A stretch of 63,752 nt of DNA, counting the filler, from Blastocystis sp. subtype 4 (Eukaryota): NCBI RefSeq assembly GCF_000743755.1. It is 3 parts of 3 records of this genome, joined end to end, with 100 filler letters (N's around TTAATTAATTAA, not from the genome) between each part and the next. Parts side by side here need not be neighbours in the genome. Positions count along the whole stretch, not along the records: positions 1 to 16,100 come from NW_014569302.1; positions 16,201 to 43,128 come from NW_014569301.1; 1 more part is not named here. The stretch is one strand, 5' to 3'. Below the pieces are notes generated by a model. That model was not told the origin of the DNA and did not search any database. It saw nothing but the letters and a program-made list of their open reading frames with translations. The stretch's first letter is position 1; each line of letters begins with the position of its first letter. Positions 13,358 to 25,076 of the stretch are shown piece after piece. The position numbers and the translations under genes are program-made.

Positions 13358-14352
13358 TTATGAATTCTGTTTCAGGATTCTCACGGCATTTCCAATACGG
13401 TGCTATCCATAATACAACTTTACCACCCTTACCTGAGCTCTATTAGCCATATCAATGGTCGGATTAATAGCAAGAACAGCACGAATATCTTCCAAAGCAG
13501 AACGATATCTCTCCAGACTCTCAAAAGCCAATCCACGACGAAGAAGAGCCTTTACATTCTTAGGCTACAACTCAGACATCTCAAGACTTCCTTACATCAT
13601 ACTCAATCACACGGGAGGCATCGGCAACTACAGCCTCGTAGTTTCCAAGTTGCTGATAACAGGCAGCTCGGTTGTTGTAGCAAGCACACAACAAGTCGTT
13701 CATTGGAGCACCCTCACCAGCACTCTGAATGGCTTTTGTGTACTACAGTAAACGAGAAGAACCATTTCATACACTATTAATAGCCTCAGGGAACTTGCTG
13801 GATTTGAAATATTCATTTCCTTCAGCTTTGTACCTTTCCAGAGGAGGCATCTTGCTCATGGCGGCTTCTCTCAAATCCTTTGCCTATTGCTAATGTATTC
13901 TTGAAAATCCTGTACTCGAGGAGCAGCGATCTTCAACAAGCTCAGAAGATTGGGATCATTTGCATTGTATGTCAGTCCTTTATTCAAGGTATCCTCAGCC
14001 TCTATGAATTCTCCCTAGACATCAATGCGAGGACTAAAAATATACAAGATTGATCATGGCATTAGCAGCTCGATGGTAACCCTTCAGGAAAGTCTTATCA
14101 CGCTCGATGCAAGCAAGACCGTCCTCTTTAGCTTCCTTCCACTTTCCAATGGCAGAATAGGCCATGGCTCGATTAGAGTAGAGAATGTGGTTTGAGGGAT
14201 CATGCTTGATGGCCTACATCCACTGGTTACATCCCATTCATACAAACAAACTTCAGTACACTTACCTCGGTGTAGCATTCAATGGCTTGAGGGTACATCT
14301 TCTTAGCAAAAAACCCATTTCCTTCGGCCTTCTTCTTCGCAGCAATATCAGA
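13358..14352 (-). CDS. TPR-repeat protein (STI1/HOP-like TPR domains)
   Basis: MSDIAAKKKAEGNGFFAKKMYPQAIECYTE..LYSNRAMAYSAIGKW..KGYHRAANA; second TPR YKAEGNEYFKSSKFPEAI. Confidence 0.8.
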
Positions 14353-14817
14353 CATCTCCGATTACGCTTAGAACAGAAATTAATCTGCAAACCGAAAAAA
14401 CCACAAAAACTGCCATAGTTCTAGAACATGATCTGAAAGTTCGATTCTTAGATTATTGTGTGAAAATGGATTAGAGGCCATCTACCTCACAAATAAGCTA
14501 GTACTAGGAAGAGACAGAGATTATCACGATTGGTCATATATACACTGATCCCAGTTCAAAGTATACTAGAATAAATGAATAAACACCAAATTATAGTAAG
14601 ATTTGTAGACATCAGTATCCAAGTTATGTCAGTTTATTTGCAAGGAATCTAAATTCTGCTCACTCTCATTCTATAATAAGAAAGCTGATACCAATAATGA
14701 ATCATCCGGATTTGATGTATAATTGGAGAGAGAGAAGTCTGTATAGACTATACCTCAAATCCGCTGGAACGTTGATCTAATCTTGACATTATTCTTTTCA
14801 ATACCTATCTATCTTAA

Positions 14818-15846
14818 ATGGCTGATTGTGAGCAAGTTGCAAAATCGGAGGAATTCAAGAGAATTCTGGACGACAACGATTTGACTAGCTGGTGGGATTC
14901 TTTCGTCATTTGTTGATCCAATAGGATTGTATGCGATATTGAGGGTTATAGCAAGCTTATTGTCAACTCAGCAGGTGAAGGTGGCTATGATGAGTGCATT
15001 AAACATCTTGATTCCAAGAAAGTGAACGATATTGGTGTATGTGATTTTTAGTGCCAATTTGCTTTGATTGAAGTCATTGGCTTGGAGAACAAATCGGCTG
15101 TGACGAGTCGACGTGCGAAATTCGTGTTCATTGCCTGGATTGGCTTAGACACTCCCATTATTGAGCGTGCTAAGGTGAGTACCATTTCGTCTTCTGTCCG
15201 TGAGTTCTTCGGAAGAGCCCATATTGGTCTTCAGGTGAATACATTGGAGGAGATGTCCAAGGAGAAGATTATTAAGGAGTTAGATCGCGCTTCAGGGTGT
15301 CACGCTCCTGATGAATACATTTTCGACATCACTGCTGAAGACATTCAGTTCGCTGGTGATCATGAGGAAGAAGTGAAGACAAGTGAAGAGACATTTGACA
15401 GCCTGTGGGAGGAGTTCAAGAAGCAGAATTCTCCTGTAAACTGGATTCTGTGTCAGTTGGCAAAGGACGAGTCTCTTCAAGTGTTCGGATATGGAAGCAA
15501 TGGTATCTCTGAGATGCTGGAGAAGTTGGATGAGAACGAAGTGTTATATGGCATATTCAAAGTGATTGCATTCAATCGTGAGGGTTCGTGTACTTCAGTT
15601 CGTGAGCGATTCGTGTTTATGACGTGGGTTCCTGAGAACGCTTCTGTCTTCGCTAGAGCTCGTGTGGCTACACACAAGCAGGTTTTGTTGAAGCGTCTGG
15701 AGACATATCATGCTGAGATTCGTGCTGAGTCAAAGGAGGATATTACACGTGAGGATATCGTGAAGATTCTTGACAACTCGTGCGGTTCTCATAAGCCTCA
15801 GAAATACGTCTTTGGACCTGGAGATGAAGTGGAATGTCAGGAATAA
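14818..15846 (+). CDS. Tandem ADF-H (coactosin-like) actin-binding protein
   Basis: Two repeats: RRAKFVFIAWIG...IERAKVS and VRERFVFMTWVP...FARARVA, each preceded by a W-I-x-C/G-x-G segment. Confidence 0.8.
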
Positions 15847-15970
15847 GCGTTTCGCAGTACTAGATTGTTAGTTATTCTGTTTGTTGGATAATATATTGTG
15901 AGATGATCACAAACAAGAAAACAATTCAAGATTAACAGCTCCCAACCATTCGATTGGTGATTCAACCCAC

Positions 15971-16100
15971 TTAGAAGTAGATCTGCTGAGAAGGACCCAT
16001 CGTGGACTTGATGTAGACAACCTTGATGTTCTGCCACTTCTTCTTCAGAAGAGAGACAAGGAAGTTGCAAGAAAGAACAATGTTGCTCTTCAACTGATCC
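15971..16100 (-). CDS. RPL10A: 60S ribosomal protein L10a (uL1), C-terminal fragment; the rest lies in the gap
   Basis: [42 protein letters not shown]. Confidence 0.9.
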
Positions 16101-16200
16101 NNNNNNNNNNNNNNNNNNNNNNNNNNNNNNNNNNNNNNNNNNNNTTAATTAATTAANNNNNNNNNNNNNNNNNNNNNNNNNNNNNNNNNNNNNNNNNNNN
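16101..16200. other. Scaffold gap with TTAATTAATTAA all-frame-stop linker
   Basis: N run containing ttaattaattaa; same construct at 43129. Confidence 0.95.
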
Positions 16201-16653
16201 CAATCCACGTACTCCAGAGGAGAATCAGTATCACAGAAAGCAATGGTAGGGATGTTGACGCAAGCAGCCTCACGGATAGCCTGACGATCGAAGCTGGGAT
16301 CAGTGACAATCAAGAGACGAGGCTCACGGAACTGCTTAGTGATCTGGTTGGTGAAGGTTCCAGCAGTATAACGGCCGGAGATGGTCTGGCAACCAGTGTA
16401 CTTGCAGAACTTCAGAACAGCACGCTGAGAGTTCTCACGAGCACCAATCACGATGACATCCTGAGGTCCCAAGTCTTGGAGAGGTTGATGATATGGACTC
16501 CCTCCTTAGTGCGACGGAACACGTAGTCCTTCATCATGTAGTTGAGGTTCTTAGTTCCGTAGTGAATACGGGCAACGAGCATCTTGCGAACATCGTCTTC
16601 ACTATTCCTCAAATTCACATCATAACACATACGTGGGCTTGTTAAAGGCCATT
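16201..16653 (-). CDS. RPSA: 40S ribosomal protein SA (uS2), truncated by the gap and with an internal deletion/frameshift
   Basis: [18 protein letters not shown]...[11 protein letters not shown] then, in a different frame, [20 protein letters not shown]...[11 protein letters not shown]...[12 protein letters not shown]. Confidence 0.9.
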
Positions 16654-16808
16654 GTAATAGTTATTCGTCACAACAAAGGAATTACTGCCTAAAGGACAGA
16701 ACTATCCATACGATTGCATTAATCTTCGTGGTGGCGATTCATGACAATCGTCGAAATAGAATACAATTCAACTTACTTCTTCTGTATTAATGATAAACAA
16801 ACAGAATC

Positions 16809-17860
16809 TCACAAAAAGAACAAAACAACTATGAGATATCTTTCTCAGGGACTCCAGGTTCCTCTTCACAGCAAAGCATCAATTCTCGAATACGTGGATT
16901 TCTAGCCCAATCTAGTTTACTGCCAAGAACAAGGGAAGAGTAAATATTCCGTAACAGAGCATTTTCGATCCTCTGTCGCTCATATTTCCTTTTGATTCTA
17001 TGTCATTACTGCTAATATACGATCCTACTTCTCCAGCTCGACCCTCTTCTCTTCGAGCATTTCTACGTTTCCATCTTGTTTTTTCTGTTGAATTGTTTGA
17101 TCTTCGGTCTATGCTTAACAGATTCACATGGTTTTACGTGAAGACGATGAACCATGCTATCTGCAGATGATTTTAGACCCAGGTTGTGATCAAGTAAAAC
17201 GAAACACTTCTCCTCAATTTGTTCATATTCATATCGAACTGACTGAAGTTGAGTGAACAACTGATCTTTTGTTTTGAGGGCTTTCTATCATCATAGAAAA
17301 CTAAGAACTATACTTGGATTTTCTCTTCCTGCTCTGTGAACCTCGAATTGGAACCAATCAATGATAGGAGTGCTTCTTCATAACTATACAACTCCTTCCG
17401 TTTCTTAAGATAGTTATCGATTAGAACCTCTCGTAGTTCATTTTTTAATTCTTCTAGTGGCTGGAGAGTCAGCTTGGAAGAACCTAGACATCGTTCATCA
17501 AGAATCCAACTACATATATCTTTTTTGTGTTGCTGAACCTCTATAGAATGTAACCGTTGTATGTACAGAATCTGTTGATTCAAATCACGAGTCCACGAAT
17601 CCTAATGATCATACGACACCAAATTCATAACAGGAATATGATTCCTATTCGAATTTTCAATAGTTGGGAAAGAGAGACAGATCTACATATAACACATGGG
17701 ATTCACGTACAGCCCTGATCTCCTTTGCCACCTCCGATATACTGGCGTATTCATCCATTCCTATATGGATTTGTCTGACAAGGAAGAATCGCGGGAATGA
17801 TTTCCATCTGTAATTATCAAGAATACAAGAGTAGAACAATTGGTCTTGAAGTTCCACATC
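16809..17860 (-). CDS. Hypothetical multi-exon protein (coiled-coil-like)
   Basis: Consecutive minus-strand ORFs separated by intron-sized gaps; AACAAACA at 16796. Confidence 0.4.
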
Positions 17861-17903
17861 AACTACGGATATCGGTGAATACTAGTACACAACACAATAA
17901 ATC

Positions 17904-18898
17904 ATGTCTACACCTCAGATTGATTCCCATCAACATTTCTGGATCTACGATCCAATTGTATCTTATTTGTTATAGTATTATGTACTAGGCTTTCGCTTGG
18001 CTGAATGAGGATATGAAGTCATTGAGAAGAAACTTCTTACCACCTGACCTCGAGCCATACCTGCATAAATATGGAATGGATGGTACTGTAGCTGTTCAAG
18101 CACGACAATGCGATGAAGAGACCCAGTTTCTTTTAGATCTTGCTGAAACATATCCCAACATTGTTAAGGGAGTTGTGGGATGGGTTGATTTACGTGCGGA
18201 TGATATCGACGAAAAGGTAACGAAAAACGGATAGTTTTATCGTAGCTTGCATCTATTTCTAAGAATAAGAAGCTTGTTGGACTCCGTCATATTGTATTCT
18301 CTTGGAATGGATAAGGACCTAGGTCCAAGACGAACCTGATGACGAGTTTCTTTTGCGTGATAACTTCCTTCAGGGAATTCGTCTTCTGAAGAAGTACAAT
18401 CTGACCTATGACATTCTAATCTATCCGAAGCATCTTGCAACAGCAAGGAAATTTGTAGAGATGTTCCCTGATCAGCCATTTGTTATTGATCACATTGCGA
18501 AACCCTTTATTAAGGATCATCTTGTAGGAGATTGGGAGAAGGGTATTCGGGTATTTGGATATAGTTATCTTCAACAGTAGGATTTGGCTGGATTTCCGAA
18601 TGTCTATATCAAAGTCTCTGGCATGGTAACAGAGGCAGATTGGAAGAATTGGAAGGAAGAGGATTTTACTCAGTATCTGGATATCATTTTTGATGCATTT
18701 GGAGTGGATCGTGTGATGGTGGGTTCAGATTGGCCCAGTAAGGGATGATAATGAATATGAGAAGTAGTGTTGACGTTATGTGGAGAATACTGTCAAGTTG
18801 TCGATATTGTGAAACACTACATTGAGCGGTTCTCAGTCGAAGACCAAGCAAAAGTGATGGGAGGTAATGCCACTCGGTTCTATCGTCTTGTTGTCTAA
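17904..18898 (+). CDS. Amidohydrolase_2 family, L-fucono-1,5-lactonase-like
   Basis: [72 protein letters not shown]. Confidence 0.85.
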
Positions 18899-18921
18899 TT
18901 CCTTTTCTAACAAACACACGA

Positions 18922-20720
18922 TTACAGATAGCTACCTTCTCTTACATCAATCATCCTCTCTTCCTTGCCCCACATGCGACTTCCTCCGAGTTCGGATCGA
19001 TTCTCTACACAGTCAATAGAGATCACTTTGCACACATTCGAGGTCTTTTAGAAAGAGAGTCTTCATCACTACTTTCCGTAATCGGCTTTGGCAATTTCTC
19101 TTTTAGAGCATTGGAAATGCTATGCTCTAGTTTGGGGGAGTCAATCACTTTCTCTTCTGTAGGAATACAATGCTTCAACTACAAGTCAACAGACAGGTCA
19201 TGAGGTACATCTAGTCCCATATTCACTAATAGTTGTTCAATTCGCTTTTCACGAGCCATTCGACGTTCTTGCAGGATTGTAGGAGTAATATGCTCATTAT
19301 CCTCTAAATTGTACTGATAAGAGGGATGATGCAAGAGAATTTCATCATCTGGCTTCAACCCCGAATTGCTATTCAGCACTGAAACATGGTCATCATGGAT
19401 ATAATCAGCAATATTGTAGCTTGCATAATTAGGACCCAAAACTTCTTCGGGAATTGGCAAACCAATTCCGTAAGCTGCTGCTAGAATAAGAGGTCGTGCA
19501 TCGTAATTCATGCTCTTCCACATTGATAATTGAACGCGAAGTAGCAACTTCGTGTACATTCCCCGTTTGTACAAATAATAGAAGTCAACCACATCCTGGA
19601 CTGAACGATTTGTCAACGTACTTGCAATATAACGGAAATCCTACAAATCAAAAACCGCGGGAAATGACACTTTTGGGCGGTTAAAGAATCCATTTAAGAA
19701 GATAAACTTTTCCATATCTGTCCACGGTCGACATATTTTACCAACTTCATTTACTTGATAAGGACAGTTACAATGAGAAGGACAAGGAAGATCTAGTTGA
19801 GAAGTTCCATCAAATGAATACTCCTTGGAATATCCTGACAAATCATTGGTTTTCCATCCATTGTCAATTTGGCATTATGGTTAATATATTTATATCGCGA
19901 AGGTTCTTGATAACGATTAGACACATCTGCTTGGCGAGTCAAGAAGTATTCTGGATCCTACGCATCACAACCTCTATTCAAACCAACTCTCGAAGTGATC
20001 GACTCACATTCCACCATATTAGAAGTTTGGCTTCGAGTAATGCGAGCCATAGAACGTGTTGCTACAAATGAAGAAACGGGAAAACATCCAACGGAATGTA
20101 CGCTTTTCTCGCTTTGAATCTCCGTCATCTTTCCAGCGACCTGGCATGTTACCTTCTTCTTCATCCCGATGAGTTGCATCCCAACGATCCTGAAGCTTTT
20201 TATATTTGCGATATAGTTTCATGTAGTACTGATAACGCAACTGTTTTTGCTCTGCTACAACTGGAACGAAGAATGGACGGTTCCTCGTAAAAGAGACTTG
20301 ATTTCGGTGGATAATTCGTTCTAAATTGATTTCTTGCGTGCTATAAGTGAATAGAATAGAAAAGGGGAACAGAGATTCTGATTGCGGATAAAGGATTCGA
20401 TGTTCGGACTCAACATGACGACGTCGGTTCTCTTCCCATATACGAATTCGTTCACTCTCGAAATCTTTGGATTCTGGAATCATGGAGTAGGTTTCAGGAG
20501 CAGATTGTACAAAAGCATCCTTACGAGATAATTCGCAACGCGAAAGCTCATTCTCCATCTTCAGTTAACAGCATCTATTATTCCTACTTTTTCTATCATA
20601 TTGTCGATTTCGTTGATGTGGTTTTGTAGGACAGATTTTGAGGGAACATGGATCTAATCATCAACATAAAGTTTACAAAATCAACAGGTTCAATCAAACG
20701 ACCAATTAGCCTACTTATTA
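18922..20720 (-). CDS. SANT-domain protein (N-CoR/Snt1-like); start approximate
   Basis: PWTDMEKFIFLNGFFNRPK|DFRYIASTLTNRSVQDVVDFYYLYK; upstream coiled-coil YMKLYRKYKK. Confidence 0.7.
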
Positions 20721-21046
20721 CATCAATGATTCGATTCATCCTACCGTGGGTCAATGCCGGCTTTCATCGACAAACGCTTCATCATACCCTAGAAATGATT
20801 GAATCTATCGTTGCAAAATTACCCTTCCCCAAATATTTCTCTTTCCATCTCCGGGGTGGCCGGGATCACTGTTTCTACAAAGATCAATTCTTTTGTCAAA
20901 ATAATTTACTGCTCGTTCATCCAATTTCTCTTGGAAGAGAAGGGCGATGAAATCAGGATTCAATGTGTAATTACTAATGAGATCGATTGTTTGACAAAAA
21001 ATTGGCCTATTTCTGTAGTATGGCTGAAGAATAAGAAGTTATTAGA

Positions 21047-22470
21047 AATGAAACGAGAGCTAATCAAAATTCAAATGTCCAGGGAAATGAAGGATCACAA
21101 TCCTCTCATCATGGAGGATCGAATTGTTGTGGAGAGAGATATTAAACCTAAAACAAGCATAGAAGAGGAATCTGTGAAAAGAAATGAGTTACTTATGGAG
21201 AATCAGTCTTCTCGTGTAGCAACTGATATATCAAACCCAAAAGATGGCAAAGAAGATAATCAAACGGAAACAAAAGAAGTGGCAAAGACAGAAGATGAGA
21301 AGAAGAACAAAGCCTTATCTATTGTTTCAACATCAATAAAAAGTCACAGCAGATCAAGGTCGCATCGAGAAGGTGGGTATCATCATAGCCATGGTCATCA
21401 CTCTCGTCAACGTCACCACCGTTCTCGTTCGTCTTCTCGTTATGACTCTCACTCTCGCTCTCGTCATCGCTCCAGATCGAAATCTCATTCGGCCTCTCAT
21501 TCACGAGAGGCACCCAAAAACACACTGGGTGATATCATCAAGAATGTTGAAAAGACTGTTCAATGTATTTCTATCTCGTGTGTTTCATGTGTAGCATCCA
21601 AGAGCAGTATTATTCCAGATTTTGACTTGATTGAACCGAAATGTGCCTATGGAAAGGACTTATACGTTGGAAATATTATAGAAGGAAGTCATCCAGAAGA
21701 TGTGATTGAGTTTTTAAACAAGGCTATGCTGGCTGCGAATCTCAATCGGTGGCCAGGAAAACCAGTAATAGCTTGTCGAGTACTGCCAAAGTTTTGTTTT
21801 GTTAGTCTACGGCATGAGGACGAAGCGACTAATGCTCTGAATCTCGATGGCATTTACTTTCACGGTCAACGACTCAAAATAAGTGAATCAAATCGATTTT
21901 GTTAACTCTAGATCGTCCTGTTGATTATGGGGGTCCTGTAACGGAACACAGAACATGGCAGGAGATCTGTCCAGAAGTTACCTGGCCAGAGATGTATGAG
22001 ATTGTTGGATTGGACTACAAATTGATTTTGCAGGAACTTGACAACGTTCCTCAGGAAGTAATTGATATTTGTGCAGGAGTGGATGAGAAGTCACTCACTT
22101 CGTATCTGGAACTGCGAAATATAGTAACTCCATTGGATTTAGAGGCTGAAGATGGTCTTGATGACCTTAAGGAGGAAGTAAAGGAAGAATTGGTCAAGTA
22201 TGGAGAAGTGAAGGATATCATCATTCCTCCCTTGGGATCCGACTATCAGGGGTTTGTGTACGTTCAATATGCTACTCCACGAGAAGTAAGGAAGATTCCT
22301 GGATGATAAAATAGGCAAAACTTGCATATGACTCTCTATGGTCACGGATGTTTGATAATCGGTTGCTTGGTATAAACTACTACTCTGAGGCTCAGTTTGA
22401 GATGTAGAAAAGGATGATGCGTAGATGGAAGCAACTAAAGGACGACTTACATCGTTCCACAATAACATAG
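21047..22470 (+). CDS. U2AF2: U2AF large subunit-like splicing factor (RS region, RRM, UHM)
   Basis: RS/His-rich tract; LYVGNI...FLNKAM...FCFVSLRHEDEATNALNLDGIYFHGQRLKI|RPVDY; LELRNIV...EVKEELVKYGEV...FVYVQY. Confidence 0.8.
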
Positions 22471-22497
22471 ATTGTTTCTTTAAAACACGAAAAGAGA

Positions 22498-22570
22498 TGC
22501 TCCGTGAGGGGATCGAACCCTCGACCATCGCGACATAAGCACGATGCTCTACCGACTGAGCTAACAGAGC
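22498..22570 (-). tRNA. tRNA-Ile (anticodon UAU), intronless
   Basis: GCTCTGT...TAGCTCAGTCGGTAGAGC, anticodon arm TCGTG-CTTATGT-CGCGA, T arm GAGGG-TTCGATC-CCCTC, ACGGAGC-A. Confidence 0.95.
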
Positions 22571-22692
22571 TTATACATTTGTTGTGGTAAGTTTTATATA
22601 TTGTATTCAATACACCAACAAACCTTCCTTAGGTCTCTCTCATTGCATATGAACATAATCTCACTCAAGAAACAAACCAAACGACAAACCCA

Positions 22693-23104
22693 CTAACTCA
22701 ACTCTTTCATGACTTCCTTCTGCTTCTCAAGAATCCTTTCCCGCAGTTTTAAAGCAACATCGCTATTTAAATCTTTGTCCTTAGTGTACAGCACATAATT
22801 GTCTAGACCACCCGCTTTGTCAATACAACGAAGAGTATTTGATGTAACCCTCAGGAAGATCTCAACAATCATTTTTGATTCATACAAAGTACCTTCTCAT
22901 CAAGAGTCTCACTATAAAGATGCATATGCAGTACATTCGGATTCCACGTTCTTCTCGTCCTGATTAGTTAAATCAAACCAAAATCAAGTACTTCCTCTCG
23001 GAGTGACTCACATTATTGCCGAAGAGCTTCCCCGTTGTTCCAAAGAGACCACGTCGAGCTCGCTTCAACGTTGCTCTTGCTACAGATTCAATTACTCCGT
23101 TCAT
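22693..23104 (-). CDS. MRPL28: Organellar ribosomal protein bL28
   Basis: RARRGLFG..KLFGNNVSHSERK|TRRTWNPNV...LRVTSNTLRCIDKAGGLDNYVL. Confidence 0.88.
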
Positions 23105-23175
23105 TAATGATTCTCCAACAATGACAGAAAAAGAACCGATTTCCTTCCTCGTCAGAAACTACATTTCACTACTCA

Positions 23176-23648
23176 TGTCGACTCGTAATGCAATGAGAAC
23201 GATGAGGTCTTTCTCCCAATCGGTGAGATTGTCGAAACGATGCATGTTTGCCTTTTTCGTCAGGGAGTGATTTTTTTAGAAATACGCTTCGTGCATTTGA
23301 TGTTACACCTCAAATGAAGCGGAAGCCATCCTTCCGAATGAATCAGGTGGAGTATCTCAACAAGAAGATGTGTAATGCTTTTGCTTTTTCTAAAATGAAC
23401 AAGGCAGAGGTGGTCCTAGCTGAACTGTGTTACTGGATAGATCCAACGAATGCAAGCTGCTGTCATGACAGTAATGGCATCTTCTTCCTCTGCAGTCATT
23501 TTGAACCTTGCTGAGATTTTGTCTACTACTCTTTCCAGCAGTGAGGAGGAGGAGAGTACAAGCTCGTCTGGATAGTGCAGAATGGTGATAGATAGAGGTG
23601 TCCGGCGACGGCGAGGCCGTACGTGACATCTTCAAGCCCTTTTGCTGA
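23176..23648 (+). CDS. Small hypothetical protein
   Basis: Short exons joined by GT-AG introns, ending GDGEAVRDIFKPFC*; TGTTTGTT at 23688. Confidence 0.35.
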
Positions 23649-23733
23649 TTGTGTTAATTCTGTTTAGGATTCCCTTTTAATCTATTTTGTTTGTTGAAAT
23701 TCATTTGCTCTCTCTTTTTAGTTCGTCACTTCA

Positions 23734-24893
23734 TGGAACAGCCATCATCAAATATCACAAAACTTGTGCGAGTCTTAAAAGGACATCGAGGAAGAGTCAC
23801 TTCTGTTCGATTCACAAGTAAGGATAGGTTTGAACAGTGATAGGTTAGATGACGGTAGTTATTGTATGTCATGTGGTCAGGATCGTTCTCTATGTCTTTG
23901 GAATCCATTACGAGATGATATGAAGGATGGATTTCTAATCAAGCGTTATAAGGGTCCTCATAACAATGCTGTTAATGACCTATCAATGTATCTTTATGAA
24001 ATGAGTTATTATTAACAAGATCAACTGATAACCAAACATTCGTTTCTTGTGGAGAAGAACGGGATGTCTTCTTGTGGGATATCACAAGTTCGAGAGTTCT
24101 GAGAAGGTTTTATGGTCATTCTCAAGTATGGGTTGGATGAATGCTTCGAACATAGCGTGTTAACACTCTATCATATAATAAAGACAGTTCTGTTTTTGCT
24201 TCTGGTAGTTATGATACAACGGTGAAACTTTGGGACACAAGGAACGGAGTGATTCTGATTGTTAATATCTAGGTCCCACAATTCGCAATGCGTGCAAACA
24301 CTTAGCGATGCCACTGATAGTATCACATCGTTATGCGTAGATGATGTTTCTATTGTTACAGGGTAACTTTCTGCATCATTGATTACATAGATCTGTCGAT
24401 GGATCCATTCGAACATATGATATTCGAGCTGGAAAGCTCTACGAGGAGAAGATTGGTAGTATGGTTCAGATATATTTTGCTTATTTGTAGTTCCAGTTTG
24501 TTCTGTTTCTCTCTCCAAAGACAATCAATGTATTGTAGCAAGTACGACATCAAGTGCAGTCATTTGTTTTGAAAGAGCTTCAGGGCTATTACTAAATGAG
24601 TAAAATTGGTTATACAAATAAATGTGTAGATATCGAGGTCACGTCTGTGAAGAACTGAAGATTGAAAGCATTTTGAATAATACAGATGAATATGTTATTA
24701 CTGGGAGTGAAAATGGAACTGTTTACATATATGACTTGATTAGTGTTCGCGATGCCATCATTGATTGACACGTAGACAAAAGTTCATCATACACTGGAGT
24801 ATCACGAAAAACCTATTAGCAGCATTCGGCAACATCCAGATCGGAATACCCTTCTTGTAGCATCCTTCGATGGAACTGTTTCTGTTTGGGAAT
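23734..24893 (+). CDS. WDR83: WD40 protein WDR83/MORG1-like; stop probably completed by poly(A)
   Basis: LKGHRGRVTSVRF|DGSYCMSCGQDRSLCLWNP, RRFYGH, ASGSYDTTVKLWD, DGSIRTYDIRAG, ASFDGTVSVWE. Confidence 0.85.
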
Positions 24894-25076
24894 ACTCTGT
24901 TTGTTTGGAAAACTTGCAAGCTGCTTGAAATAACGCCTCTACATAGGAGATTCAAAGTGATAACTGGTATGATAGCACAGATATTGGTTTGTCCAATCAG
25001 ATTGAATTCCTTTGGTTCCTTTTGACATAGCAAATCTATTGAATCCTCACTTTTATTCTATTTTACTAGTGATATA

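Noticed and set aside
16145..16156. TTAATTAATTAA palindrome (also at about 43173)
   Set aside because: Artificial scaffolding linker inside N runs
22498..22570. tRNA-Ile(UAU) with G37 and no intron
   Set aside because: As I recall, similar forms occur in other eukaryotes such as plants; there is no sign of recoding
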